DNA from: an uncultured delta proteobacterium
Lineage (GTDB): Bacteria > Myxococcota > Myxococcia > Myxococcales > Anaeromyxobacteraceae
Direction: 5' to 3'
DNA: 64,000 nucleotides
Assembly: GCA_963814585.1 (NCBI GenBank)
Contig: CAWFDF010000012.1
Location: 64,001-128,000 of the forward strand
A program made the translations under genes and the position numbers. Below, piece after piece: positions 1 to 11,525 of the stretch (position 1 is its first letter; each line of letters begins with the position of its first letter). The notes below the pieces were generated by a model. That model did not search any database. It was given only the letters and a program-made list of their open reading frames with translations, and had not been told where the DNA came from.

Positions 1-2
1 AC

Positions 3-173
3 GACGGCGGCCGCGTGGCCGGCCTGATCGAGCGGGCCGAGCCGCTCACCACCTCACCGCGCGATCCGGGCGTCCCCAGCCGCTACGTGCTGGAGGTGAA
101 CGGCGGCTGGGCGGCGCGCCACGGCGTGCGGCCGGGTGACCGCGTCCTGTTCGAGAACGTGCCGCGGTTCTAG
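3..173 (+). CDS. DUF192 family protein, C-terminal part (truncated by window start)
   Basis: Frame from nt 3 reads DGGRVAGLIERAEPLTTSPRDPGVPSRYVLEVNGGWAARHGVRPGDRV..; RYVLEVNGG is the DUF192 C-terminal motif; TAG at 171-173. Confidence 0.8.
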   Translation, partial: DGGRVAGLIERAEPLTTSPRDPGVPSRYVLEVNGGWAARHGVRPGDRVLFENVPRF

Positions 174-187
174 CTCCGGGCGCCTGG

Positions 188-568
188 TCAGGGCTTCCGG
201 TCGTGGGCGTGGCGCAGCAGGTTGCCGGTCAGCTCGGCGCCGAGGCTCCGCTCCATCAGCTGCTCCACCACCCGCTCGAACTCGATCCGCTCCAGCTCGT
301 CGCCCCACACGAAGCGGATCCCCATGCCCGGCTCCTCGCCGCTGCCCGCGGTCCGGATCACCTCGCCGCTCAGCTCGAACGGGGCGTCCCGCCCCGGTAT
401 CGAGAGCCGGAAGATGAAGCGGGTGCCGGTGGGCAGCGACTTCCTGGTCTTGATGAAGGTCCCGCCCTTGGAGATGTTCTTGGTGTAGTCGGCGAAGAAG
501 CTGTTGAGCTTCCGGTAGTCGACCTTGAGCTCGATGGGCGCGCGACCGTGCTGCCGGTTCTCGATCAT
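188..568 (-). CDS. PilZ-domain protein (TIGR02266-like myxobacterial family)
   Basis: RxxxR (RQHGR) and NxSxGG (NISKGG) c-di-GMP motifs; GMGIRF near the C-terminus. Confidence 0.85.
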   Translation of the reverse strand: MIENRQHGRAPIELKVDYRKLNSFFADYTKNISKGGTFIKTRKSLPTGTRFIFRLSIPGRDAPFELSGEVIRTAGSGEEPGMGIRFVWGDELERIEFERVVEQLMERSLGAELTGNLLRHAHDRKP

Positions 569-635
569 GAGGCGGTCATGTTAGCGCTGCGAGGCGCCGA
601 CCGATAGGATCGGGGGGCCCGCCGCCGGACCCACC

Positions 636-2889
636 GTGACCTCTCGCCTCCTCGCCCTCATCTCGACGCTGCTCCGCCGCCGCGCCGCCCTGGCCGCGGG
701 GGGTGGGCTGCTGCTGCTCGGCGCCCTGGGCGGCCTGCTCCCGCTGCTCGACGTCCCCGGCTACGAGCTGGGCCTGGTGGGCGCCTGGCTCGGGCTCTCG
801 CTGGGTCCGCCGCTGGGCTGGTGGGCCGCCAGCCAGGAGCGGGGCCGCCCGGACGGCTCGCCGGCCGTGGCGGCCGCGGCGGCGGCGCTGGCCTCGACGG
901 CGCTGCTGGCGCTCCTCTTCCTCGCCGTGGCGGTTCGCGCCGCGCTCGGACCCTGCCGCGCCCTGGACGGCGCCGCCTTCTTCCCGGTGCTGGCCCTCCC
1001 CTCGGCGTGGCTGGCGGCGGCCCTTGCGACCGCGCTGGCCTGGCCGGGGCGCCGCCGGCGCCTGGCGGCCGGCTTCGCGCTGGCGCTCCTCGGCTCGCTC
1101 GGCTGGACGCTGCTCGAGGCCTGGCGAGGCCCGGCCGCCTTCGCGCTCGACCACCTCCTCGGCGTCTGGCCCGGCCCGCTCTACGACGAGGCGCTCCGGG
1201 TCGACGCCCGCGTCCTGCTCTTCCGGGCCCAGACCGTGGCGCTCGCCGTGCTGGTCGCGGCGGCGGCCGAGGCCCAGGCCCGGCGGCGGTCCAGCCGTCC
1301 CACCGCCCGGACGCTGCTGGCCGTCGCCCTCGCCCTGGCCGGGCTGGCCGGGGCGCAGGGTGGCGCTCCGGGTGAAGGTGCTCGACGGCGACCGCGAGGC
1401 CGTCGCCAGGGCGCTGGGAGGCCGGCACGTCGGGCCGGCCTGCACGCTGGTCTTCCCCGCCGAGATGAAGGCCCCGGCGCTGGCCGCGCTGGCCGGCGAC
1501 TGCGAGTTCCACGCCGCCGATCTCGCCGCCGCGCTCGGGCTGGCGACGCCGCCGCGCCTGACCGTCTTCGTCCACCGCAGCGACGAGGAGAAGCGGCGCC
1601 ACGTGGGCGCCGGCGCCACCAGCTTCACCAAGCCGTGGCTCGGCGAGGTCCACCTCACCCAGGCGGCCTCGCCGCACCCGGTGCTCAGGCACGAGCTGGT
1701 CCACGCCGTGGCCGCCGCGCTGGAGCCCGGTCCGCTCGGCGTCCCGGCGCGTGCCGGGGTGCTGGTCCAGGCCGGGCTGGTCGAGGGGCTGGCGGTGGCG
1801 CTGGAGCTGCCGCGCGGCAGCTGGACGGTCCACGAGTGGACCGCGGCGATGCGCGACCTCGGCCTGGCACCCGACCTGGCCAGGCAGCTGGGCCCCGCAG
1901 GCTTCTGGACCACGGCGCCGGCCCGGGCCTACACCGCGGCCGGCAGCCTGCTGGCCTTCCTGCTGGACCGCCAGGGGAGCGCGGCGGTGGCGCTGCTCTA
2001 CCGGACCGGCGACTTCGAGGCCGCCTTCGGCCGGCCCCTCGCGGCCCTGGTGGCCGACTGGCACGCCTTCCTGGCGGCCGTGCCGCGGCCGCCGGGGCTG
2101 GCCGCCGCGGCGCGCGCCCGCTTCGCCCGCCCCGCCCTCTTCGCCGTCCCCTGCGCCCGCGAGGTGGCGGCGCTCGAGGCGCGTGCCTACGCCGACGCCG
2201 GCCACGGGCGGATCGCGGTGGCCTGCGATGGGCTGCGCCGGGTCTGGTCGCTCACCGGCCGGGCCGGGCCGCTCAAGGCCGCCGGCGACCTGCTGGCGCG
2301 CAGCGGCGCCTTCGACGAGGCCGAGGCGGCCTACCTCGACGCGGGGCGCGTGGCTGGCGACGCCGACCTGGCCCTCTCCGCGGCGCTGCGCTCGGCACGG
2401 GCCGATCTCGCCTGGCGACGCGACCAGCCGGCCGCCGCCGCCGCCGGCTGGCTGGCCGCCCTGGCCGCCGGCGGGGAGCGTCACGAGCGGCGACTGCTCG
2501 AGGCCAAGCTGGCGGCGCTCGGCGAGGCCGGGCTGGCCACGGCGCTGCGGCCGTGGCTGCTCGGGCAGGCCGACCCGGCCACCGCACTCGCCGACCTGGA
2601 GCGGCTGGGGCGGCCGCTCGGCGACTACCTGGCGGCTAGGGCGCGCCTCGCCCGCGGCGAGGTGAAGGAGGCGCTCCTGCTCCTCGAGCGATCCGGAGCC
2701 GGGCCCCTCCCGGAGCTGATCGGGCTGGAGCGGCGGTACCTGCTGGCCGAGGCCCGCTGCCTCGCCGGCGCGGAGGCCGCCGGCGCGCGGGAGCTGACCG
2801 CGCTCGCGCTGGGCGCCGCGGGAGGCGCCGACCGGGCCCGCGCCGAGGCGGGCGTGCGGCGGTGCACCTTCGAGGCCGCGCGCCGATAG
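636..2889 (+). CDS. Polytopic membrane protein with HExxH metallopeptidase-like domain and helical tail; frameshift at ~1358-1360
   Basis: TM helices in the 636 frame; the soluble domain with LRHELVH...EGLAVA is in the 703 frame; removing one G from CAGGGTG joins them. Confidence 0.7.
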
Positions 2890-2965
2890 CGCGGCCCTGC
2901 GGGGCCGGAGCCTGGTCCAGGCCTCGACCAGCGACGTCAGGCGCCGGGGGCGGGGACCCGGATCG

Positions 2966-5538
2966 TCAGGCCACCTTGGTGGCGCGGCCCGAAGGCCGCG
3001 CGGTCGAGTACTCGGGCAGCTCGTCGAACTGCAGGTACCGGTAGACCTTCTCGGCCCTGGGCGCGATCTTGGCGCTGAAGGCCGCGAAGTACTCGGCCGG
3101 CGTGGGCAGCTTGCCCAGGCTGGCGGCCACCGCGCCCAGCTCGGCCGAGCCGAGGAACACCTTGGCGCCGGCGCCCATGCGGTCGTCGAAGTTGCGGGTC
3201 GAGGTCGAGTAGACCGTCACCGCGTCCGGCACCCGGGCCTGGTTGCCCATGCACAGCGAGCAGCCGGCGGTCTCGATGCGGGCCCCGATGGCGCTGTAGG
3301 TGGTGAAGTAGGCCTCCTCCTTGAGCTGCTGCTGGTCCATGCGGGTGGGCGGGCAGAGCCAGGTGCGGACGGACGGGTTGAACTTCTGCCCCTTCCAGAT
3401 CTCGCCGGCGGCGCGGAAGTGGCCGATGTTGGTCATGCAGGAGCCGAGGAAGACGTCGTCGATCCTGGTCCCGGCCACCTCGGAGAGGACCTTCACGTCG
3501 TCGGGGTCGTTGGGGCAGGCCAGGATCGGCTCGGTGATCTCGGCCAGGTCGATCTCGAACACCTTCTCGTACTCGGCGTTCTTGTCGGCCACCGAGCACG
3601 GACGGGCTTCTTCAGCCACTTCTCGACGGCCGCGATGCGCCCCTCGAAGGCCTTCCTGTCGCCGTAGCCGTCGGCGATCATCTTCCTCATCAGCGCCACG
3701 TTGGAGCGCAGGTAGGTGGCGATGGTCTTCGGCGAGAGGGCCACGCAGGCGGCGGCGGCCGAGCGCTCGGCGGCGGCGTCGGTCAGCTCGAAGGCCTGCT
3801 CGACGGTCAGGTCGGGCAGCCCCTCCATCTCCAGGATGGTGCCGTTGAAGATGTTCTTCTTCCCCTTCTTGGGCACCGTCAGGTCGCCGGACTTGATGGC
3901 GGCCAGCGGGATGGCGTTGACCACGTCACGGAGCGTGATGCCGGGGTTGAGCTGGCCCTTGAAGCGGACCAGCACGCTCTTGGGCATCTCCAGCGGCATG
4001 AAGCCGAGGGCGGCGCCGAAGGCCACCAGCCCCGAGCCGGCCGGGAAGCTGATGCCGATGGGGAAGCGGGTGTGCGAGTCGCCGCCGGTGCCGACCGTGT
4101 CGGGGAGCAGCAGCCGGTTGAGCCAGGAGTGGATGACGCCGTCGCCGGGGCGGAGCGCCACGCCGCCGCGGGCCTGGATGAAGCTGGGCAGGGAGGCGTG
4201 CATGGCCACGTCGGCCGCCTTGGGGTAGGCCGCGGTGTGGCAGAACGACTGCATCACCATGGGGGCCTGGAACTTCAGGCAGGCCAGCTCCTTCAGCTCG
4301 TCGGCGGTCATCGGGCCGGTGGTGTCCTGGGAGCCGACGGTGGTCATCCTCGGCTCGACGTACCAGCCGGGCAGCGCGCCCGGCAGGCCGCAGGCCTGGC
4401 CGACCATCTTCTGGGCCAGCGAGTAGCCCTGCCCCTTGGGCGGGGCCGGGTTGGTCTTCACCACGAAGAGATCGGTGGGCCCCTTCTTGAGCGCCTTGCG
4501 GGCGCGGTCGGTGAGGGCGCGGCCGATGATGAGGGGGATGCGGCCGCCGGCGCGGAACTCGTCGCCGATGGTCTCGGGCGTCAGCTTGAAGGTGCTCAGC
4601 ACCTCGCCGCCCTCGCTGCGGATCTCGCCCTGGACCGTGTCGATGACGACCACGTCGCCCATCTTGAGCTTCGACACGTCGGCCTTGATGGGCAGCGCGC
4701 CGGAGTCCTGCGCGGTGTTGAAGAAGATGGGAGCGATGACGCCGCCGATGATCACGCCGCCGTTGCGCTTGTTGGGCACGAACGGGATGTCGTCGCCGAT
4801 GGCCCACTGGACGCTGTTGCAGGCCGACTTGCGCGACGAGCCGGTGCCGACCACGTCGCCGACGAAGGCGACCTCGAAGCCGGCGGCGCGGTACTCGGCG
4901 ATGGTCTTCAGGCCGGTGGGGAACTTGGTCTTCCCCATGGCCAGGGCGTGCAGCGGGATGTCGGGCCGGGTCGCGGCGTCGCCGGCCGGCGAGAAGTCGT
5001 CGGTGTTGATCTCGCCGTCGACGCGGAAGACCTTGACCTTGATGGCCGGGCGGACGCCCTTGCGCGCCGTGAACCACTCGGCGTTGGCCCAGGACTCGAT
5101 CACCGACCTGGCCTCCGCGTTCTTGGCCTTGGAGAGCGCCAGCACGTCGTCGAAGGCGTCGTAGACGTAGGTGATGCCGGAGAGGGCCTTGGCGGCGGCG
5201 GCGGCCAGCGCCTTCACCTTGAGCGCGGCCACCAGCGGCGGGACGTTGTAGCCGCCGCCCATGGTGCCGAGCAGCTCGATCGCCATGATCTTGTCGATCT
5301 GGGAGCACTTCACCTTGCCCCTGACGATCTCGCCGAGGAAGGCGGCCTTCACCTCGGCGGCGGGGTCGACGCCGGGGGAGATCCGGTTCACCAGCAGGTC
5401 GAGGAGCAGCTGCGCCTGGCCCTTGGGAGGCTTGACCAGCAGCTTCACCAGCTCGCGGGTCTGCGCCGGGTCGAGCGGCCTCGCCGGGATGCCCTGCTCC
5501 TTCCGCTCCGCCTCGTGCTTCAGGTAGGCCTCGATCAC
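2966..5538 (-). CDS. acnB: Aconitate hydratase B; frameshift at ~3590-3602
   Basis: GTG start after [31 protein letters not shown] motifs in one frame; [30 protein letters not shown] in the 2966-3619 frame. Confidence 0.93.
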
Positions 5539-5750
5539 GTGGTCCTCCAGGGGTCCGGTGGTAGGTCGATGGGGCGACTGGAATAGCACGCCCGGGGGCA
5601 GCCTGTCAGCCGCTGTCAACTGGAAAAGGTCCATGAGAATCGCGGCTTGGCTAGACCGCACCGGTCCATGATGGCGCCGCGCGCAAGGTCGCGGGGAGCC
5701 ACGGGAAAGCGGTGTTTCCATGACGCGACGGGGGGCGTCGCGGTCGCGCC

Positions 5751-5933
5751 TCACCGCTTCGGCGGCGCCGGCGGCTCCGCGGGAGCCTGCGGCGATTCGT
5801 CCTCGTCGTCGAGCATCCGGTACTTGGGCCCCTCGGGATCGTCGTACTGCCCGCTCCTCACCGACCAGACGAAGCCGAGCCAGGCGGCCAGCCCGAGCGC
5901 GAGGGAGATGAGGATGAGGCCGGTGAGGATCAT
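5751..5933 (-). CDS. ccoS: cbb3 oxidase assembly protein CcoS
   Basis: [36 protein letters not shown] overlap with the ccoI stop. Confidence 0.9.
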   Translation of the reverse strand: MILTGLILISLALGLAAWLGFVWSVRSGQYDDPEGPKYRMLDDEDESPQAPAEPPAPPKR

Positions 5934-8383
5934 GCGCGCCTCGGCCCGAAGGTCCGGCGCAGCCGCAGCGAGTTGGTGACCACGAAGGCGCTCGACGCCG
6001 CCATGGCGGCGGCGCCGACGATGGGGTGGAGCGCGCCGGCCACCGCCAGCGGGATGGCCACGACGTTGTAGAAGAAGGCCCAGAAGACGTTCTGCCCGAT
6101 GATCCCGGTGGCCCGCCGGCCGAGGCGGACCAGGTCCGGCAGCAGCGTGAGGTCGTCGCGCACCAGCACGGCGTCGGCGCTCTCCATGGTGACGTCGGTG
6201 CCGCGCCCCATGGCCACGCCGGCGTCGGCCTGGGTGAGCGCGGGGGCGTCGTTGATCCCGTCCCCGACCACCAGCACGCGCGCGCCGGCCGCCTGCCTGG
6301 CCGCCACCAGGGCCCGCTTCTGCTGGGGCGTCCGCCCGGCCTCGAACGGCACCCCCAGCCGGGCCGCCACCGCCGCCGTGGTGGCGTGGGCATCCCCGCT
6401 GACCAGGGTGACGCCGAGTCCCAGCGCGGCCAGCGCCGCCAGGGCGGCGGGCGCCTCCTCTCGGATCGGATCGGCCACCACCAGGAGCGCCTCGGCCCGA
6501 CCGGCGATCGCCAGCCACGCCACCGTGTCGCCCTCCGCCTCCGGCCCCGCCGCCAGCGCGGCCGCCGCCTCCTCGGAGGGGACCCCCTCCTCGGCGAGGA
6601 AGGCCGGGCTGCCGATCAGGACCGTCGAGCCGTCCACCCGGGCGGCCACGCCTCGCCCCGGCACCACCCGGAAGTCCTCCACCGCCGGCTCCGCCGCGGC
6701 CGGCAGCTCCCGCGCCGCGTCGACCACGGCGCGCCCGACGTGGTGCTCGCTGCGCCGCTCCAGCGCCGCGGCCAGCCGCAGGAGCGCCGCCTCGTCGCCA
6801 CCGCGGAGCGGGACGATGCGGCGCAGCGCGGGCCGGCCGCGCGTGACCGTGCCGGTCTTGTCCAGCACCACCTCGGTGGCCCGGCCCGCCGCCTCCAGCG
6901 CGTCGCCCCCCTTCACCAGGAGGCCGCGCGCGCTGGCCAGGCCGGTGGCCAGGAGGACCGCCACCGGGGTGGCCAGCCCCAGCGCACAGGGGCAGGCGAT
7001 CACCACCACGGCGATGGCGGAGAGGAGCGCCCGCTCGGGCGGCGCGCCGAGCCCGAGGTGTCCGGCCAGCGTGGCCACCCCCAGCAGCAGCACCGCCGGG
7101 ACGAAGATCCCCACCGCCCGGTCGGCCAGCGCCTGCAGGCGCGGCTTCTCGCCCTGCGCCTCCTCCACCGCCCGGATGATGCCCGCCAGCAGCGTGTCGG
7201 CGCCGACCCGCGTCACCTCGATGGTGAGCGCCCCGGCCAGGTTGATGGACCCGCCGATGACCGGGGCGCCGGGGTGCTTGGCGACCGGGCGCGACTCGCC
7301 GGTCACCAGCGCCTCGTCCGCCTCGGAGCGCCCCTCCAGCACCCGGCCGTCGAGCGGGATCCGCTCGCCCGGCACCACCTCGAGCCGGTCCCCGACCTGC
7401 ACCTCCTCGATGGGGACGCGCCGGCGGACCGGCCCGCCCTCGTCCCCCGCCGTGACCAGCAGCGCCTGGCTCGGCCGGAGCCTGGAGAGGCGGGCCACCG
7501 CCTCCGAGGCGGCCCGCCGGGCCCGGGCCTCCACGTACCGGCCGGTCAGGACCAGCGTCGGGATCATCGCGGCGGTGTCGCTCCAGACCTCGCCGCCGCG
7601 CAGCGCCTGCCAGACCGAGATGGCCAGCGCCGTGCCCGAGCCGAGCACCACCAGCGAGTCCATGTTGAACCGGCCGTGGCGCAGCCCGGCGAGCGTGGAG
7701 CGCCAGAACGGAGCCCCCGCCGAGAAGAGCACCGGCGCGGCCAGGCCGATGGAGATCCACTCCAGCAGCGAGCGGGTGGCGCGGTCCATGCCCTGGAAGT
7801 AGCCGGCGTAGAGCGCGGCCGAGTAGATCATCAGCTGGGAGGCGAGGAACCAGGCGGTCCCGACGCGGATGAGCAGGTCGCGCACCTCCTCGTCCCGGGC
7901 CCTGGCCTGATCCGACTCGCGCCAGGGGTGGGGCACGTAGCCGGCGGCCTGGACTCGCGCCAGCACGGCCGGGAGCGCGATGGTGGCCGGGGCGTAGCGG
8001 ATGCGGGCCCGGTGGGTCGCGTAGTTGACGCGGGCGGCGAGGACGCCGGGGGTGCGCTGCAGCACCCGCTCGTTGAGCCAGACGCAGGAGGCGCAGCGGA
8101 TGCCCTCGATGGCCACGTCGACCTCGGCGGTGCCGTCGGGCGCCTCCACCGGCCGGTAGGCCGGGAGGTCGCGGAGCGGCGCGGTCCCGGGGCGCGCCGC
8201 GGACGGCAACCCGGCGTCGTCCCATCGCCGCTCCCGGTAGAAGCGCCCCAGCCCCTCGTCGCGCACCAGCCGCCAGACGCCCAGGCAGCCGGCGCAGCAG
8301 AAGACGCGCTCCAGCTCCCCGTCGCGCTCCACCACCGCCTCGGCGTCGGGGAAGGCGGCCAGGCAGTGGTCACAGCGGCGCAT
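5930..8383 (-). CDS. ccoI: P1B-type Cu-translocating ATPase CcoI/FixI
   Basis: CDHC and CCAGC N-terminal motifs, CASC HMA domain, TGES, CPCALG, DKTGT, GDGIND, YN..M; located in the cco operon. Confidence 0.92.
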   Translation of the reverse strand: MRRCDHCLAAFPDAEAVVERDGELERVFCCAGCLGVWRLVRDEGLGRFYRERRWDDAGLPSAARPGTAPLRDLPAYRPVEAPDGTAEVDVAIEGIRCASCVWLNERVLQRTPGVLAARVNYATHRARIRYAPATIALPAVLARVQAAGYVPHPWRESDQARARDEEVRDLLIRVGTAWFLASQLMIYSAALYAGYFQGMDRATRSLLEWISIGLAAPVLFSAGAPFWRSTLAGLRHGRFNMDSLVVLGSGTALAISVWQALRGGEVWSDTAAMIPTLVLTGRYVEARARRAASEAVARLSRLRPSQALLVTAGDEGGPVRRRVPIEEVQVGDRLEVVPGERIPLDGRVLEGRSEADEALVTGESRPVAKHPGAPVIGGSINLAGALTIEVTRVGADTLLAGIIRAVEEAQGEKPRLQALADRAVGIFVPAVLLLGVATLAGHLGLGAPPERALLSAIAVVVIACPCALGLATPVAVLLATGLASARGLLVKGGDALEAAGRATEVVLDKTGTVTRGRPALRRIVPLRGGDEAALLRLAAALERRSEHHVGRAVVDAARELPAAAEPAVEDFRVVPGRGVAARVDGSTVLIGSPAFLAEEGVPSEEAAAALAAGPEAEGDTVAWLAIAGRAEALLVVADPIREEAPAALAALAALGLGVTLVSGDAHATTAAVAARLGVPFEAGRTPQQKRALVAARQAAGARVLVVGDGINDAPALTQADAGVAMGRGTDVTMESADAVLVRDDLTLLPDLVRLGRRATGIIGQNVFWAFFYNVVAIPLAVAGALHPIVGAAAMAASSAFVVTNSLRLRRTFGPRRA

Positions 8384-9065
8384 GGAAGCCCAGCCCCCGC
8401 AGCAGGAAGAGCAGCCCGAGGCCGGCCACCAGCAGGCCGCTGGCCCGGGCCAGCCACCCGCGAGCCCGCCCACCGAGGAGCCCGCTCACGGCGCCGAGGA
8501 GGAGCAGACCGGGCACCGTGCCCAGCCCGAAGGCCAGCGCCAGCAGCAGCCCCTGGATCGGTCCGCCCGCCGCCGCCGCGCCGAGGAAGATGGTCCAGGA
8601 GACGCCGCACGGCAGCACGCCGAGCAGCAGGCCCAGCGGGTAGAGCGTGGCGCCGCTCCCGGCCACCCGCCGCACCGCCTCCACCACCCGCCCCGAGGCG
8701 CGGGCCTCCAGGCGTCGCAGCGCGGCGGTCAGGCCGGCGGCGCCGAGCCCGAGCAGGACCATGATCGCGCCGGCCAGCACCGCCACCACCTCGCCCACCC
8801 CGGCCAGCCGTCCGGCCACGTCGACGAAGGCGCCGGTGGCCCCCATCACCGCGCCCAGCAGGCCGTAGGTGGTGATCCGACCGAGGTGGTAGGGCAGCGT
8901 GCGCAGCGCCGCGCGCGCCCCGCCCGGCCCCGGGGCCGCCGCCAGGCCGAACGAGGCCACCAGCGGCCCGCACATGCCGAGGCAGTGGGAGAAGCCGGAG
9001 AGCAGGCCGGTGAGGGCCGCCGCGGAGAGCTGCGCCGCGCCGCCGCTGGCGGCCTCCAGGCTCAC
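8370..9065 (-). CDS. DsbD_2/TauE-like membrane protein (cbb3 assembly)
   Basis: HCLGMCG, YHLGRITTY and LPCG motifs. Confidence 0.85.
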   Translation of the reverse strand: MSLEAASGGAAQLSAAALTGLLSGFSHCLGMCGPLVASFGLAAAPGPGGARAALRTLPYHLGRITTYGLLGAVMGATGAFVDVAGRLAGVGEVVAVLAGAIMVLLGLGAAGLTAALRRLEARASGRVVEAVRRVAGSGATLYPLGLLLGVLPCGVSWTIFLGAAAAGGPIQGLLLALAFGLGTVPGLLLLGAVSGLLGGRARGWLARASGLLVAGLGLLFLLRGLGFHAPL

Positions 9066-9868
9066 TCACTCACCGTGAAGGGTACCTGGACCGAGGCGGG
9101 CGCCAGCCCGGCGGCCCGCACCGTGACGCTGGCGATCCAGTCCTTGCGCCCGCTGCCGCACCGGACCAGCACGCCCTTCCCCAGGTAGCGGCCCGGCCCG
9201 GCGGCCACCAGGACCACCCGGTTCTCGCCCATGTTCATGTCCCTCATGGCGAAGGCCACCTCCACGGCGGCGCCCTCGGCCGGCGCCCCGTCGCGCCGCA
9301 CCTCCACGGCGACGGGCAGGTCCTTCATGGTGATCAGGGCGCGCCCCAGGTCGAGGGTGATGCCGAGCCCGCCCGCCTGGAAGGTGCAGGGGGCGGCCGC
9401 CAGGTCGCAGGGCCCGGCCCCGGCCGCCTCGACGCGGACCTGCTGCACCAGGCCGACCACGTCGTCGCCGCGCCTCACGTCGAGCCGGACGTCCCAGAAC
9501 CCGGGTCCCGTGAAGCCGACCGGCGCCTGGTATCGCCCGCTCCCGAGCGTCCGGGCCTGGCCGCTCCGGTCGCCACCGCCCCCGGCCGGCCGGGTCACCG
9601 CCACCTGGACGACCGCCCCGTCCACGGGCTGGCCGGCCCTGTCCACCAGCGTGAAGCCGAGGGCCTCGCCGCCGGGGCGCAGCCCATCCGGATCGAAGGT
9701 GGCGCGGAAGCCCAGGCGGGCGCGCACCGCGCGGTCGCGATCGTAGCGGAGCCCGTGCTCGTAGGGGTCGGTGACCACGGTGGGCTCGGCCAGGTGGCTG
9801 CCCACGTAGACGGTGATCCCGATGATCGCCAGGATCACCGAGACCAGCACCGCCAGCACGATCTTCAT
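9062..9868 (-). CDS. ccoH: FixH/CcoH family protein with YtkA-like domains
   Basis: N-terminal TM, PTVVTDPYEHGLRY motif, MxxMxMG; operon position. Confidence 0.75.
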   Translation of the reverse strand: MKIVLAVLVSVILAIIGITVYVGSHLAEPTVVTDPYEHGLRYDRDRAVRARLGFRATFDPDGLRPGGEALGFTLVDRAGQPVDGAVVQVAVTRPAGGGGDRSGQARTLGSGRYQAPVGFTGPGFWDVRLDVRRGDDVVGLVQQVRVEAAGAGPCDLAAAPCTFQAGGLGITLDLGRALITMKDLPVAVEVRRDGAPAEGAAVEVAFAMRDMNMGENRVVLVAAGPGRYLGKGVLVRCGSGRKDWIASVTVRAAGLAPASVQVPFTVSE

Positions 9869-11094
9869 GGGGCCTCCGGGATGACCAGCAGGATGGGCGA
9901 CGACCGGGTGACGGGGCGGGTCCCCGCGCCCGAGGCGCTGGCGGTGAGCGTGGCGCTGGAGCGGCCGGGCGCGCCGCCGGCGGTCACCACCAGCCGCAGC
10001 CGCCGGTGCTCCCCGGCCTCCAGGCCGACGCGGTCCGGCCGGGCGGTCACCTCCAGCCCGGGCGCCTCGACCGAGAGGCGCACCTCGACGGCCCCGCGGG
10101 CCCGGTTCTCCAGGGTCACCGTGTAGGCGTCCAGGGCGCGGCCGTCGGGGCCGAGGCGCGGCGCGAAGTCACTGGCCGGCACCACCGCCAGGTCGAGCGT
10201 GTCGTGGCTGGCGGCGCGGGCGGCCCAGGCGGTGCCGGCCAGGGACAGCACGGTCCCCAGCGCCAGCGCCACGGTGGCCGGACGCAGCAGCCGGCGCGGC
10301 CGGCCCGGCTCGCCGAAGAAGTAGCCGACGAGGTCGGGGGGCCGCCTCAGCTTGAGCATGATGGGGCGGCAGGCGTCGATGCACTCGGCGCAGGCGATGC
10401 ACTCCATCTGCAGCCCGTCGCGGATGTCGATGCCGGTGGGGCAGCAGCGGACGCAGGCGCCGCAGTCGATGCAGTCGCCGGCTCGCCGCCGGTCGTAGGC
10501 CACCACCAGCGTGCCCGGGTCGTAGAGCACGCCCTGGAGCTTGGCGTACGGGCAGGCCGTGGCGCAGAAGCCCGCCCGCAGGAAGGCCAGGTCGAGGTAG
10601 AGGACCGCGGAGAGGACCGCCCAGGATCCGCCGGCCACGGGCCCGAGCCGGCCGGCCGCCAGGTCGCCCAGGAACTCGAGCGGGGGCACGAAGTACCAGA
10701 CGGTGGCGGCCCCGAAGACCACCGACACCAGCGCGGTGAGGGCGAAGCCGGCGGCGCGTCGCAGCGGTCGCCTCCGCTTCCCGGCCGCCGGCTGCACCAG
10801 CCGGGTCAGGTCGGCCAGCACGGTCTGGGGACAGGACCAGCCGCACCAGACCCGCCCGAAGGCCACGGTGACCGCCAGGAAGAGGAAGGCCAGGAAGATG
10901 GTGGCCGGCAGCAGGACGAAGAACTCGTCCATGGCCAGCACCGCGCCGAAGGCGTGGAGCCTCAGCGAGGGGACGTCGAAGCGCAGGGCGCTCTCACCCC
11001 CAACGCGGAGGAAGGGCAGCGCCAGGAACAGGAGTCCCTGGGCTGCCCCCGCCGTGCGGCGCCACCGCTGGATCGACCCGCTACCCGTCGTCAT
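9865..11094 (-). CDS. ccoG: CcoG/FixG membrane 4Fe-4S protein
   Basis: GRVWCGWSCPQ, FCATACPY, CIDCGACVRCCP, CIACAECIDAC; Ig-like C-terminus. Confidence 0.9.
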   Translation of the reverse strand: MTTGSGSIQRWRRTAGAAQGLLFLALPFLRVGGESALRFDVPSLRLHAFGAVLAMDEFFVLLPATIFLAFLFLAVTVAFGRVWCGWSCPQTVLADLTRLVQPAAGKRRRPLRRAAGFALTALVSVVFGAATVWYFVPPLEFLGDLAAGRLGPVAGGSWAVLSAVLYLDLAFLRAGFCATACPYAKLQGVLYDPGTLVVAYDRRRAGDCIDCGACVRCCPTGIDIRDGLQMECIACAECIDACRPIMLKLRRPPDLVGYFFGEPGRPRRLLRPATVALALGTVLSLAGTAWAARAASHDTLDLAVVPASDFAPRLGPDGRALDAYTVTLENRARGAVEVRLSVEAPGLEVTARPDRVGLEAGEHRRLRLVVTAGGAPGRSSATLTASASGAGTRPVTRSSPILLVIPEAP

Positions 11095-11221
11095 CGAGCA
11101 TCTTGTACTTCGCCTGCTCCCCGGTTTCACGGCGCTTGCGGGAGTAGAGGAAGACCCAGATGCCGAGCAGGCCCAGGCAGAGGGTGAGCCCGACGAGCAG
11201 GTAGAAGGTGTCCGGCGCCAT
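11081..11221 (-). CDS. ccoQ: cbb3 oxidase small subunit CcoQ
   Basis: 46 aa, single TM then YSRKRRETGEQAKYKMLDDD. Confidence 0.75.
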   Translation of the reverse strand: MAPDTFYLLVGLTLCLGLLGIWVFLYSRKRRETGEQAKYKMLDDDG

Positions 11222-11229
11222 GGAAGGGC

Positions 11230-11511
11230 TCAGGCCTTCGGGCGACGCTGCAGCATGAAGAGCACGACGGCGGCCGCGGTGGGGAGGGCCGTGAACAGGA
11301 TGGTCATGGTGACGTTCCCGCCCACCTCCGGAGAGACGCTCTGGAGCTCGCCGGCCTGGGTCCAGCCGGTGCTCCAGGGCGAGTAGGTGAAGAGGTAGTA
11401 GACGCCCCAGATGACCAGGCCCCAGAAGAGGACCTGCCAGCCGATGGGAACGCTGCGGGCCGTCGCCTTGGCCTCCATGGCCTCGGCGGTGTCGGGAAGC
11501 TCGTTGTCCAT
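11230..11511 (-). CDS. Small 2-TM protein resembling the CcoP N-terminal membrane segment
   Basis: VPIGWQVLFWGLVIWGVYY resembles FixP_N; no CxxCH; SD GAGGAGG. Confidence 0.6.
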   Translation of the reverse strand: MDNELPDTAEAMEAKATARSVPIGWQVLFWGLVIWGVYYLFTYSPWSTGWTQAGELQSVSPEVGGNVTMTILFTALPTAAAVVLFMLQRRPKA

Positions 11512-11525
11512 GGTGTCCCCTCCTC

